Positions 20,756 to 32,544 of a stretch of 64,000 bases of DNA are shown in pieces (position 1 is the first letter of the stretch; the number at the start of each line of letters is the position of its first letter). The DNA lies in contig JABLXL010000006.1 of assembly GCA_013178005.1 (NCBI GenBank), forward strand, positions 5,523 to 69,522. Reading direction: 5' to 3'. This stretch comes from Actinomycetota bacterium (lineage in GTDB: Bacteria; Actinomycetota; Geothermincolia; Geothermincolales; RBG-13-55-18). The notes beneath the pieces are model-generated. The model saw only the letters and a list, made by a program, of their open reading frames with translations. It was not told the DNA's origin and ran no database searches. The position numbers were made by a program, and so were the translations under genes.

Positions 20756-21708
20756 TGGGCGGGTTGAACGCCAACCCGGCGGCCTCAGTACGTCAACGCC
20801 TGCTGGATCTCGCCAGGCGAAGGGGCGATGATTTCCAGTTAGTCCTGGCACGATATGGCGCGGAACGTTTCCTCTACCGCCTTGGGCGATCCGAGTTCAA
20901 GGACCGCTTCGTCCTCAAAGGTGCCATGCTTTTCGTGGTGTGGTGGGAAGATACGTACCGCCCTACCAGGGACCTTGACCTGCTGGGCCTGGGGCGGGGC
21001 GATCCGGATACACTTGGCGGCGCCATCGCGAGGATATGCGCCGTCCCATGCCCGGAAGACGGCCTTGTCTTCGATGCGGATAACATCTCCATCGCGGCTA
21101 TCCGGGAGGAGGATGAGTACGGAGGCCTTCGCGTGAAGCTCGTAGCCTATCTCGGAAAGACGCGCATCCCGCTCCAGATCGACGTCGGTTTCGGCGACAA
21201 GGTAATCCCGCGGCCTCGCCTGGAGCGTTACCCTACCCTGCTTGATCTTCCCGCGCCTCGCGTCAAGGTGTATCCGAGAGAGACCATGGTGGCCGAGAAA
21301 TTCGAGGCCATGGTGAGGCTGGGCGCGGCAAACAGTCGCATGAAGGATTTCTACGATCTGGCCGCGCTGGCGGCGAGTTATGATTTCGAAGGAAGCCTGC
21401 TGCGCGAGGCGGTAAAGGGCACTTTCGAGCGACGCCGATCTCCCGCCGGATCGGAGACGCCCTCCGCACTGCGCTCCGCTTTCTACAGCGACCCGGGGAG
21501 GGATGGCATGTGGCGCGCTTTCCTTAGCGGCAACGCCTTGCGCCTCGAAATGCCCGGGAGATTCGAGGAGGTAGGCGAGCTGTTGATCGCGTTTCTAAAA
21601 CCCGTTTGGGAGAGCCTCGTGAGCGATGGTGAATTGAATGCGACCTGGACAGGAGGCGGCCCCTGGAGAACGAAGAGAGACACTGACCCTGGAGGCACCG
21701 GAGAATGA
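20755..21708 (+). CDS. abiEii: AbiEii-family nucleotidyltransferase toxin
   Basis: ASVRQRL, ERFLYRL, FVLKGA, RPTRDLDL, DVGFGD, AEKFEA, NSRMKDFYD. Confidence 0.9.
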   Translation: MGGLNANPAASVRQRLLDLARRRGDDFQLVLARYGAERFLYRLGRSEFKDRFVLKGAMLFVVWWEDTYRPTRDLDLLGLGRGDPDTLGGAIARICAVPCPEDGLVFDADNISIAAIREEDEYGGLRVKLVAYLGKTRIPLQIDVGFGDKVIPRPRLERYPTLLDLPAPRVKVYPRETMVAEKFEAMVRLGAANSRMKDFYDLAALAASYDFEGSLLREAVKGTFERRRSPAGSETPSALRSAFYSDPGRDGMWRAFLSGNALRLEMPGRFEEVGELLIAFLKPVWESLVSDGELNATWTGGGPWRTKRDTDPGGTGE

Positions 21709-23114
21709 GCATGAAAGAACGGTTGGATGATAAGGGAACAAGCGGTGGAGCAAAGAGCGGCATGGCAAAGAGCCGCTTCAAGCCGTATCCGAAATACAAG
21801 GACTCCGGCATCGACTGGCTAGGCGAAATCCCGGAGCATTGGGATTTAAGGAGAATGAAATACATTTCTTGTATCCAGCCTGGAAAATCTAAACTAAGAA
21901 AGTTAGGCGATATCGAAGTAAGCTTCATCCCAATGGAATATATTGGCGAGTTCGGTACAATCAATTCTTCGGAAACCAGACAGCTTAATGATGTTTACGA
22001 AGGTTATACATTTTTTGAGGAAGGCGACATACTTGTAGCGAAGATAACGCCTTGTTTCGAGAACTTCAAAGGTGCCATAGCAAGGAATTTAAGAAATGGA
22101 ATTGGCTTCGGAACAACGGAGTTGTATGTCATAAGGCCATCGCCAAACGTCCACGCTGATTTTCTGGCCTATATGACATACGCCGCACATTTCAGGCAAA
22201 TTGGCAAGGTGGAAATGAAAGGTACAGCAGGACAACAACGTGTGCCGATAGAGTTCATTGAGAATTTCCCATGTGTATTACCACCTTATTCTGAGCAGAA
22301 AGAGATTTCCGATTTTCTGAAAAGGGAGACGAAGAGAATCGATGATCTAGTGAATGCAAAACAGCGCTTGATCGAGTTGTTGAAGGAGAAGCGCGCGGCC
22401 CTGATCAACCAAGCTGTGACCAAGGGCCTTGATCCCAACGTCCCCATGAAAGACTCAGGCATCGACTGGCTGGGAGAAATACCTGAGCATTGGGATGTAT
22501 CTAAACTGAAACTCCTCGCTACTGTTGTGACCAGTAATGTAGATAAAAAATCATACGAAGGAGAGCAAGAAGTCAAGCTATGCAATTACACAGATGTCTA
22601 CAACTATGAATATATAACCCCGGATCTTGATTTCATGCAGGCTACCGCATCTCCAGTAGAAATAAACAAGTTCAAGCTACGTGAAGGGGATGTTCTTGTG
22701 ACCAAAGATTCCGAGGATTGGCGTGATATCGCAGTGCCAGCGTTTGTGTCAGCTATGGATGACGAGGATATTCTTTGCGGCTATCACCTTGCAATACTGA
22801 GGCCGAAGCAATCGATTGTCGACGGAGAATTTCTGTTCAGATCTCTTTCATCCAGTTCAATAAATTATCAATTCAGGCTATCTGCGACCGGAATAACTCG
22901 CTACGGGTTGTCAAAATATTGGCTGGACAATTCGCTAATCCTTCGCCCACCTTTTGAAGAACAAAATGAGATAGCGGATTTTCTTAGAGAGAAAACAGAG
23001 GAAATAGAGAAATTAATTGAGAAGATAAAAAATGGTTTAAGGAGACTCAAAGAATACCGTTCCGCGCTCATCACGGCGGCGGTGACGGGGAAAATAGACG
23101 TGCGGGGGGAATAG
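21705..23114 (+). CDS. hsdS: Type I restriction-modification specificity subunit S
   Basis: Two copies of KDSGIDWLGEIPEHWD, two variable TRDs, PPxxEQ motifs, C-terminal ALITAAVTGKIDV. Confidence 0.96.
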   Translation: MSMKERLDDKGTSGGAKSGMAKSRFKPYPKYKDSGIDWLGEIPEHWDLRRMKYISCIQPGKSKLRKLGDIEVSFIPMEYIGEFGTINSSETRQLNDVYEGYTFFEEGDILVAKITPCFENFKGAIARNLRNGIGFGTTELYVIRPSPNVHADFLAYMTYAAHFRQIGKVEMKGTAGQQRVPIEFIENFPCVLPPYSEQKEISDFLKRETKRIDDLVNAKQRLIELLKEKRAALINQAVTKGLDPNVPMKDSGIDWLGEIPEHWDVSKLKLLATVVTSNVDKKSYEGEQEVKLCNYTDVYNYEYITPDLDFMQATASPVEINKFKLREGDVLVTKDSEDWRDIAVPAFVSAMDDEDILCGYHLAILRPKQSIVDGEFLFRSLSSSSINYQFRLSATGITRYGLSKYWLDNSLILRPPFEEQNEIADFLREKTEEIEKLIEKIKNGLRRLKEYRSALITAAVTGKIDVRGE

Positions 23115-23117
23115 GGC

Positions 23118-26100
23118 ATGGCTCCGGACATATCCGAGAGAAGCTTCGAGGAAACCATCGAAAAGGTACTCACCTCGGATCCCGAGGCGTTTTCCAATAC
23201 CGCTCCCGGTGAGGTCACATCCCGTGAGCCCTATGGAGATTGGTTGCCGGGTGGCTACCTGAAACGTAAACCGGGGGATTACGACCGCTCGCTTTGCCTT
23301 ATCCCTGGCGACGTCATCGCTTTCATCTACGCCACCCAGCCCAAGGAATGGGCGAAGCTCGAACAGCACCATGGAACCGAGGTAAGGGAAAAGTTCCTCG
23401 GGCGCCTCTCGCGCGAGATAGAGAGGCGGGGAGCCCTGGACGTGCTGCGCAACGGCGTCAAGGATTCCGGGTGCAAGTTCAAGCTCGCTTTCTTCCATCC
23501 CGCGAGCGGCCTCAACGAGGAGCTGCAAAGACTGTACGAAGCCAACATTTTCTCCGTCGTGCGCCAGCTCCAGTACAGCGACAAATCCGCCAAGAGCATC
23601 GACCTGGCGCTGTTTCTGAACGGCATCCCCATCTTCACCGCGGAGTTGAAGAACCCCCTCACGGGACAAAACGTTGAGAATGCCGTGAGGCAGTACCGCC
23701 ACGACCGTGATCCCCGAGAGCCCCTCTTCTCCTTCCGCCGCTGCCTCGCTCACTTCGCGGTAGACCCCGACCTGGTGTACGTGACCACGCGCCTGGCGGG
23801 GCTGCTGACGAGCTTTATTCCCTTCAACCAGGGTAAGTACGGAGGCGCCGGCAATCCACCCGTGCCTCCCACGCAGAGCGGCTACGCGACTTCGTATCTC
23901 TGGGAGCGCATCTGGGCAAGGGACAGCGTGCTGGAGCTGATCCAGCATTTCATCCAGGAGGTCGAGGTGGAGGACGAGGACGGTAGGAGGACCGGCGAAC
24001 GCGTCCTCATCTTTCCCCGCTATCACCAGCTCGACGCCGTGCGCCGCCTGGTTCGTGACGCGCGCGAGAAGGGACCTGGCCAACACTACCTAATCCAGCA
24101 CTCCGCGGGAAGCGGCAAGTCCAACACCATCGCCTGGCTTGCCCACCGGCTGTCGATACTCCACGACTCCGAGGACAGACGGGTTTTCGACTCCATCGTG
24201 GTGATCACCGATCGCAGGGTGATCGACCGCCAGTTGCAGAGCGTGGTAAAGCAGTTCGAGCAGACCTTGGGGATCGTGGAGAACATCGACAGGACCAGCC
24301 GCCAACTTAAGGAGGCGCTGGAGGGGGGCAAGACCATCATCGTCAGCACCCTCCAGAAGTACCCGGTGATCGCCGGCAACATGCAGGAGATGCCGGGGAA
24401 GCGCTTCGCGGTGATCGTGGACGAGGCGCATTCCTCTCAGACGGGGGAGAGCGTCAAGGGCCTCAAGTCGGTGCTCGCGGTCGATAACCTTGAGGAAGCC
24501 GAGGCCGAGGACTCCGTGGAACCAGAGGACTTCCAAGACGTTGTCGCCGAGCAGGCGAGGAAGCGGGGCAGGCTTCCCAACGTGAGCTTCTTCGCCTTCA
24601 CCGCCACCCCCAAGTCCAAGACCCTGGAGCTCTTCGGGACCAGGCGGCCGGACGGTAAGTTCGAGGCCTTCAGCCTCTACAGCATGCGCCAGGCCATCGA
24701 GGAGGGTTTCATACTCGACGTGCTGGAGAACTACACCACCTACAAGACCTACTGGAAACTGCTCAAGACTATCGAGGAAGACCCCGCCTACGACCGCGGC
24801 AAGGCGACCTATATCCTTCGCTCCTTTGTCGACCTGCACGAGCATTCCATCCGCAAGAAGGTGGAGATCATGGTGGAGCACTTCCATGACCGGGTCGCAC
24901 ACCGCATCGACGGCCAGGCCAAGGCTATGGTAGTCACCCGCTCTCGCTTGCACGCGGTGAGGTTCAAGCTGGCCATGGACGCCTACCTGCGCGAGAGGGG
25001 TTATCCATACCGGACCCTGGTGGCTTTCTCGGGGACGGTGAAGGACGGAGGGATGGACTACACGGAGGCGGGGATGAACGGCATCCCGGAGGCCCAGACG
25101 GCAAAGGCCTTCAAGCGGCCGGAATACCGTTTCCTCATCGTTGCCGAGAAGTTCCAGACGGGTTACGACATGCCGCTGCTCCATACCATGTACGTGGACA
25201 GGAAGCTCTCGGGGGTGCACGCGGTACAGACCCTCTCGCGCCTTAATCGCATCTATCCCCCTGCCAAGACCGAGACCATGGTGCTTGATTTCGTGAACGA
25301 GGCCGAAGATATCCGCGAGGCCTTCCAGGAATATTATGAAAAGACCATCCTATCTGAGGAGACCGACCCCAACCTTCTCTACGACCTGGAGCGACGCCTT
25401 GCTGAGTTCGGCGTATTCAACGGGGGCGACGTGGAGGCCTTCGCGGGTTTGTACTTCAGGAACGCGGGACAGGACCAGCTGTACGCCGCCCTTGCCCCGA
25501 GCGCGGAACGTTTCGCGGAATTGACCAAAGAGGAGAAAGCGGATTTCCGGGGGGTCCTTGACGACTATGTGCGGCTGTACGCGTTCCTTTCCCAGGTGGT
25601 TACCTTCGTGGATCCCGACCTGGAGAAGCTCTACGTGTTCGCCCGCCTGCTTAGGCGGTACCTGCCGTACGAGCGCGAACGCCTGCCGCTGGAGATCCAG
25701 CAGGACATAGACATGGAATCCTACCGCATTACGCGGAGGTTCGAGGGTCCGATCGTACTTGAGAGAGGGCAGGTCGAGATTCCTCCCATCGGGGCAGGTG
25801 CCTCCCGTGGCATTGCCCCGGAAGACATCGAGCCCCTGTCGGAGATCATCAGGGAATTGAACGAAAGATTCGGCACCGATTTCTCGGATGAGGACAAGGT
25901 ATTCATCAGCCAACTCGAGGAGAGACTGGCGGGAGATCCCTCCCTGCGGGCCAGCGTGCGCGCCAACACCCCCGAGAACGCGCGCCTCACCTTCGACTAC
26001 GTGGTCACCGACCGGTTGCAGGAGATGGTGGACACGAACTTCGAGTTCTACAAGCGGGTTACCGACGACCGGGCGTTCGCGGAGTTCTTCCTCGACTGGC

Positions 26101-26138
26101 TTTTCGAACGTTTTCGGAAATCGCTGGAAGGTTCATAA
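23118..26138 (+). CDS. hsdR: Type I restriction endonuclease subunit R
   Basis: D...AELKNP nuclease motif, QHSAGSGKS Walker A, DEAH, FTATP, KFQTGYD, QTLSRLNR. Confidence 0.96.
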   Translation: MAPDISERSFEETIEKVLTSDPEAFSNTAPGEVTSREPYGDWLPGGYLKRKPGDYDRSLCLIPGDVIAFIYATQPKEWAKLEQHHGTEVREKFLGRLSREIERRGALDVLRNGVKDSGCKFKLAFFHPASGLNEELQRLYEANIFSVVRQLQYSDKSAKSIDLALFLNGIPIFTAELKNPLTGQNVENAVRQYRHDRDPREPLFSFRRCLAHFAVDPDLVYVTTRLAGLLTSFIPFNQGKYGGAGNPPVPPTQSGYATSYLWERIWARDSVLELIQHFIQEVEVEDEDGRRTGERVLIFPRYHQLDAVRRLVRDAREKGPGQHYLIQHSAGSGKSNTIAWLAHRLSILHDSEDRRVFDSIVVITDRRVIDRQLQSVVKQFEQTLGIVENIDRTSRQLKEALEGGKTIIVSTLQKYPVIAGNMQEMPGKRFAVIVDEAHSSQTGESVKGLKSVLAVDNLEEAEAEDSVEPEDFQDVVAEQARKRGRLPNVSFFAFTATPKSKTLELFGTRRPDGKFEAFSLYSMRQAIEEGFILDVLENYTTYKTYWKLLKTIEEDPAYDRGKATYILRSFVDLHEHSIRKKVEIMVEHFHDRVAHRIDGQAKAMVVTRSRLHAVRFKLAMDAYLRERGYPYRTLVAFSGTVKDGGMDYTEAGMNGIPEAQTAKAFKRPEYRFLIVAEKFQTGYDMPLLHTMYVDRKLSGVHAVQTLSRLNRIYPPAKTETMVLDFVNEAEDIREAFQEYYEKTILSEETDPNLLYDLERRLAEFGVFNGGDVEAFAGLYFRNAGQDQLYAALAPSAERFAELTKEEKADFRGVLDDYVRLYAFLSQVVTFVDPDLEKLYVFARLLRRYLPYERERLPLEIQQDIDMESYRITRRFEGPIVLERGQVEIPPIGAGASRGIAPEDIEPLSEIIRELNERFGTDFSDEDKVFISQLEERLAGDPSLRASVRANTPENARLTFDYVVTDRLQEMVDTNFEFYKRVTDDRAFAEFFLDWLFERFRKSLEGS

Positions 26139-26329
26139 GGCGTTGATTGCTTACAAGTAATGACAAGAGGTTAAGAGATCGATGTCGTGCAACTTACATT
26201 CGATGGAAATGAAGAGCGAACTGCACCCTGATGGTAGCATGGAGTCCCATTGAAGAACTTCGCTGTTCGATTTTCGGATAAGGATGAGTCGGATAGTTAG
26301 AATGGTTTCATACCAGCAGCCCATCTTCT

Positions 26330-26358
26330 TTGACTGGCCCCTTAAGCTGGCCTATAAT
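26330..26358 (+). promoter_or_regulatory. Sigma70-like promoter upstream of greA
   Basis: TTGACT-N17-TATAAT. Confidence 0.65.
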
Positions 26359-26503
26359 AGCAACTTGTGACTCCGGGTTCGAGCGTCATGCCCCGCCAAG
26401 CGACGATCCCGGGTTTCGTGTTAGTTGGGAGAAAGAAGGCGGGCCGACCGTTATCGAGCCGTGGCGGCCGGGCGGCGTGGCCCTGGAGGACGAGGACGGA
26501 AAG

Positions 26504-27025
26504 ATGGAGGATAACCAATACGAACCCACCCTGGGAGAGTACCGCGAGGAGAAGGCCGACGACGTGGTGCTGACCCAACAAGGATACCTCAAGCTCCAGG
26601 AGGAGCTGGATTACCTGAAGAACGTCAAGCGCTGGGAGGTGGCCAAGCGCATCGAGCAGGCAAGGGCGTTCGGCGACATCATGGAGAACTCCGAGTACGA
26701 CGACGCCAAGCACGAACAGGCTTTCGTGCACGGCCGCATCATGGAGATCGAGAACATCCTCGACAACGCCAGGGTCATAAAAGACGACGAGATAGACCTC
26801 AACGTAGTGACCATAGGCTCGTCGGTGGTGCTCGAGGACATGGAGCGAAAAGAGGAGATGCGCCTGCGCCTGGTGAGCGCGGCGGAAGCGCGGGGCGACC
26901 GGGATTGCATCTCCGACCAGTCCCCGGTCGGCAAGGCCATCCTGGGGCGCAAGGCGGGCGAGGTCGTGGACGTGCAGGTCCCCTCGGGAGTGCTCAAGTA
27001 CCGTATCCTTCAGATCGAACGCTAG
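26504..27025 (+). CDS. greA: Transcription elongation factor GreA
   Basis: LTQQGYLKL, ARAFGDIMENSEYDDAK, ISDQSPVGKAILG. Confidence 0.94.
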   Translation: MEDNQYEPTLGEYREEKADDVVLTQQGYLKLQEELDYLKNVKRWEVAKRIEQARAFGDIMENSEYDDAKHEQAFVHGRIMEIENILDNARVIKDDEIDLNVVTIGSSVVLEDMERKEEMRLRLVSAAEARGDRDCISDQSPVGKAILGRKAGEVVDVQVPSGVLKYRILQIER

Positions 27026-27281
27026 GCCGCGGAAGGGCTTGCGCCGCGAGCGGCCTTTCCCCTTAGGGGTTGGTTGGGTTCTGGCTCCGAGCCCAGGCGA
27101 GGACGAGGGACGGCGGCTGCGGGCAAGGGCAGCGGTTTGCCGACCGGTCCTCTATCCGGCACGGAGTCGCATGTGTCGCGAAGGGCGAGAACTCGAGCCC
27201 CTTAGTTAACGGCAAACGACGTTTATCGGTGCGTTTGGGGCCAACGATCGCGCCGTGTTCGACCGCAAAGGAAATGAGCCC

Positions 27282-28784
27282 ATGGGAGACGAGGACATCC
27301 CCCCCGCTTTCGTGGGGGAGAGCGACCTGGTGAGGGGACGCCTGGAGAAGCTGCGCCTATGGAGAGAGCGCGGCGTGGAGCCCTACGGCCTGGGTTTTTC
27401 GCGCGGCGACAATACCGCGGAGATAAAAGAGCGGTTTGCTTCCCTCGCCGACGGGGAGGAGAGCGGATACAGGGCTTCCCTGGCGGGAAGGCTTATGGCC
27501 TTGCGGAGGCACGGGAAAGCGTGCTTCGCCGACCTGGAGGACCGGGAAGGGAAACTCCAGCTCATGGCCTCCCTCGACTCGCTGGGAGAGGAGGGCTACA
27601 CGCTTTTTCAGGATCTGGATATCGGCGACATAGTGGGGGTGGAGGGAGAGGTGTTCCGCTCCCGGCGCGGGGAACTCACCCTGCGGGTTTTCTCCTTCAC
27701 CCTCCTCTCCAAAAGCCTCAGGCCTCTGCCCGAGAAGTGGCACGGCCTGAAGGACGTGGAGCTTCGCTACCGCCAGCGCTACCTGGACATGATCGTCAAC
27801 CCCCAGGTGAGGGAGAACCTGCTGGTGAGGGTAAAGACCATCCAGGCCCTGCGCCGATTCCTGGACGGGCATGGCTTCATCGAGGTGGAGACCCCCATGT
27901 TGCAGCCCATCCCGGGTGGCGCCACGGCGCGACCCTTCGTGACCTATCACCAGGCCCTGGGACAGAACCTCTATCTCCGCATCGCGCCGGAGCTTTACCT
28001 GAAGCGCTGCATCGTGGGGGGACTGGAGAAGGTCTACGAGATAAACCGCAACTTCCGCAACGAGGGCATCTCCTACAAGCACAATCCCGAGTTCACCATG
28101 CTCGAGTTCTACTGGGCCTACGTGGATTACCTGGCGCTGATGGATTTCCTGGAGGAGATGGTGTCGGCGGTGGTGGGCGAGGTCAAGGGCGCCCTCTCCT
28201 TCCCCTACCAGGGCAGGGACCTCGATCTGACCCCGCCCTGGCGCAGGGTGACCATGTCGCGGCTGGTAAGCGAGGCGGTGGGGTGCGAGATATCCTCCGG
28301 CACGCCGGAGAGGGAGCTGCGGGCCATCGCCGCCGAGCGCGAGGTGCCCCTGGAGGAGGGATGGGGTCCGGGCAAGATCGCCACCGAGCTCTTCGAGAAG
28401 CTGGTGGAGCCCAATCTCTGGGAGCCCACCCTGGTCATGGATTACCCGCGCGAGGTATCGCCCCTGGCGCGCGCCCATCGCAACGATCCTTTCCTCACCG
28501 AAAGGTTCGAGCTCATCGTCGCCGGACGGGAGATCGCCAACGCCTTCTCCGAGCTCATCGACCCCCTTGATCAGCGCGAACGCTTCGAGGAGCAGGCGCG
28601 CCAGAGAGAGCGGGGGGACGAGGAAGCCCACGTTGTGGATTACGATTACCTGCGAGCCCTGGAATATGGCATGCCCCCCGCCGGAGGCCTCGGCCTGGGG
28701 ATCGACCGCCTGGTGATGCTGCTGACCGACTCCCACTCCATCCGCGAGGTCATACTGTTTCCGCACCTGCGCCCCGAATCCTGA
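27282..28784 (+). CDS. lysS: Lysine-tRNA ligase (class II)
   Basis: RYRQRYLD, EVETP, LRIAPELYLK, FRNEG, HNPEFTMLE, GLGIDRL. Confidence 0.98.
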   Translation: MGDEDIPPAFVGESDLVRGRLEKLRLWRERGVEPYGLGFSRGDNTAEIKERFASLADGEESGYRASLAGRLMALRRHGKACFADLEDREGKLQLMASLDSLGEEGYTLFQDLDIGDIVGVEGEVFRSRRGELTLRVFSFTLLSKSLRPLPEKWHGLKDVELRYRQRYLDMIVNPQVRENLLVRVKTIQALRRFLDGHGFIEVETPMLQPIPGGATARPFVTYHQALGQNLYLRIAPELYLKRCIVGGLEKVYEINRNFRNEGISYKHNPEFTMLEFYWAYVDYLALMDFLEEMVSAVVGEVKGALSFPYQGRDLDLTPPWRRVTMSRLVSEAVGCEISSGTPERELRAIAAEREVPLEEGWGPGKIATELFEKLVEPNLWEPTLVMDYPREVSPLARAHRNDPFLTERFELIVAGREIANAFSELIDPLDQRERFEEQARQRERGDEEAHVVDYDYLRALEYGMPPAGGLGLGIDRLVMLLTDSHSIREVILFPHLRPES

Positions 28785-29363
28785 CCCCAGGCATGACACG
28801 GCCCGAAACCTGGCCCATTGGCCGGCAAGCGGTGTTTTCGGGTTTTCCTCGCAATATGTCAAGCCTGGTACCCCAGCCATAACGATATCTTCGTAAAATT
28901 GCCGGCGATTTCCCCCGGGTTGGGTGGAGTCTTTCTGGGGGAGGGTGGTGCTGATGAACATAAGCGGTGCGAGCCGCCTGCGGCCGAAAAGCACCGTTCG
29001 AGGCCGGGAAAGACCCCGCTTGGGGGGTTCGTCAAGACACCGATGGGTGATGACGACTTACATAGGGAAACGTTTACCATTAAAAAGCGTATATGTCGAT
29101 GGGGGCGCGAGAGTTATGCGAGGGGAATCTGCCGGGAAACCCGCCGGTACGAGACCCCCGCACAGGAGACCTGGAGGCCCCGCGCCGGCGACCTGGGGGG
29201 CGGCGGAGGAGATGACGGAACGCATGGCGAAGGTTCCCCCAAAGGCATATAAATAGGTATGATTGAGGCGTGATATTTCAGCGAAAAAGGTGTGATAATA
29301 AAAAGTGAAGAAGACTAAATCGCGCGATACAGGTGGCGCGAGACATATGCGGAGGTAGATATC

Positions 29364-31838
<2,475 letters not shown>

Positions 31839-31840
31839 AA

Positions 31841-31937
31841 TGGGGTCGTATCTTGAATTTTTCCTCGCTTTGCTTGTGGTTGCTTTTTTCTTTGGGGTCG
31901 TATCTTGAATTATTCCTCGCTTTGCTTGTGGTTGCTT
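31841..31937. repeat. 45-bp direct repeat, two copies (period 52 bp)
   Basis: tggggtcgtatcttgaatt(t/a)ttcctcgctttgcttgtggttgctt at 31841 and 31893. Confidence 0.92.
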
Positions 31938-31939
31938 CT

Positions 31940-32366
31940 TCCGGCCCGGGCCGTCGGGTAGCGGTCTCGCTCGGCGCGCACGAGGCCGGCCAGGAGAAAA
32001 GAAACCCCATCCAGCGCGGCCTCCCTGCGACCGACCCGGTCGTTCCCGGGCTTGTAGCAGCACTTCCCTCCTTCATCCGGCCCGGGCCGTCGGGTAGCGG
32101 TCTCGCTCGGCGCGCACGAGGCCGGCCAGGAGAAAAGAAACCCCATCCAGCGCGGCCTCCCTGCGACCGACCCGGTCGTTCCCTGGCTTGTAGCAGCACT
32201 TCCCTCCTTCATCCGGCCCGGGCCGCCGGGTAGCGGTCTCGCTCGGCGCGTACGAGGCCGGCCAGGAGAAAAGAAACCTCATCCAGTGCGGCCTCCCTGC
32301 GACCGACCCGGTCGTTCCCGGGCTCGTGGCAGCGTCTCCCTCCCTCTTCCGGCCCGGGCCGCCGGG
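31940..32366. repeat. 136-bp tandem repeat, three full copies plus a partial fourth
   Basis: ccggcccgggccg starts at 31941, 32077, 32213 and 32349. Copies 1 and 2 are almost identical; copy 3 is more diverged. Confidence 0.95.
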
Positions 32367-32544
32367 AAAGCTGGCCGGCGTGAGATGGGAGGAAGGCTGG
32401 GGCAGGGTGCCAGCCTAACGATCTCTTTTCACCTGGAAAGCGCCTACCGAAACATCAGGACGTTCGCGCCCTTGACACTGGGAGGGAATATAATCGGTCC
32501 GGGATCCAGGTCCGGGTCGGTGGTTGTGAGGCAAGGAGGCTGAT

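Noticed and set aside
27026-27281. T-box or lysine riboswitch before lysS
   Set aside because: No T-box sequence (AGGGTGGNACCGCG) or leader terminator visible.
31841-32366. CRISPR array
   Set aside because: Units are 45 and 136 bp and repeat in full with no unique spacers; no cas genes in the window.
32472-32494. TTGACA...TATAAT promoter for radA
   Set aside because: The spacer is only 11 bp, so the two hexamers cannot act as one sigma70 promoter; the TATAAT alone may still be used.
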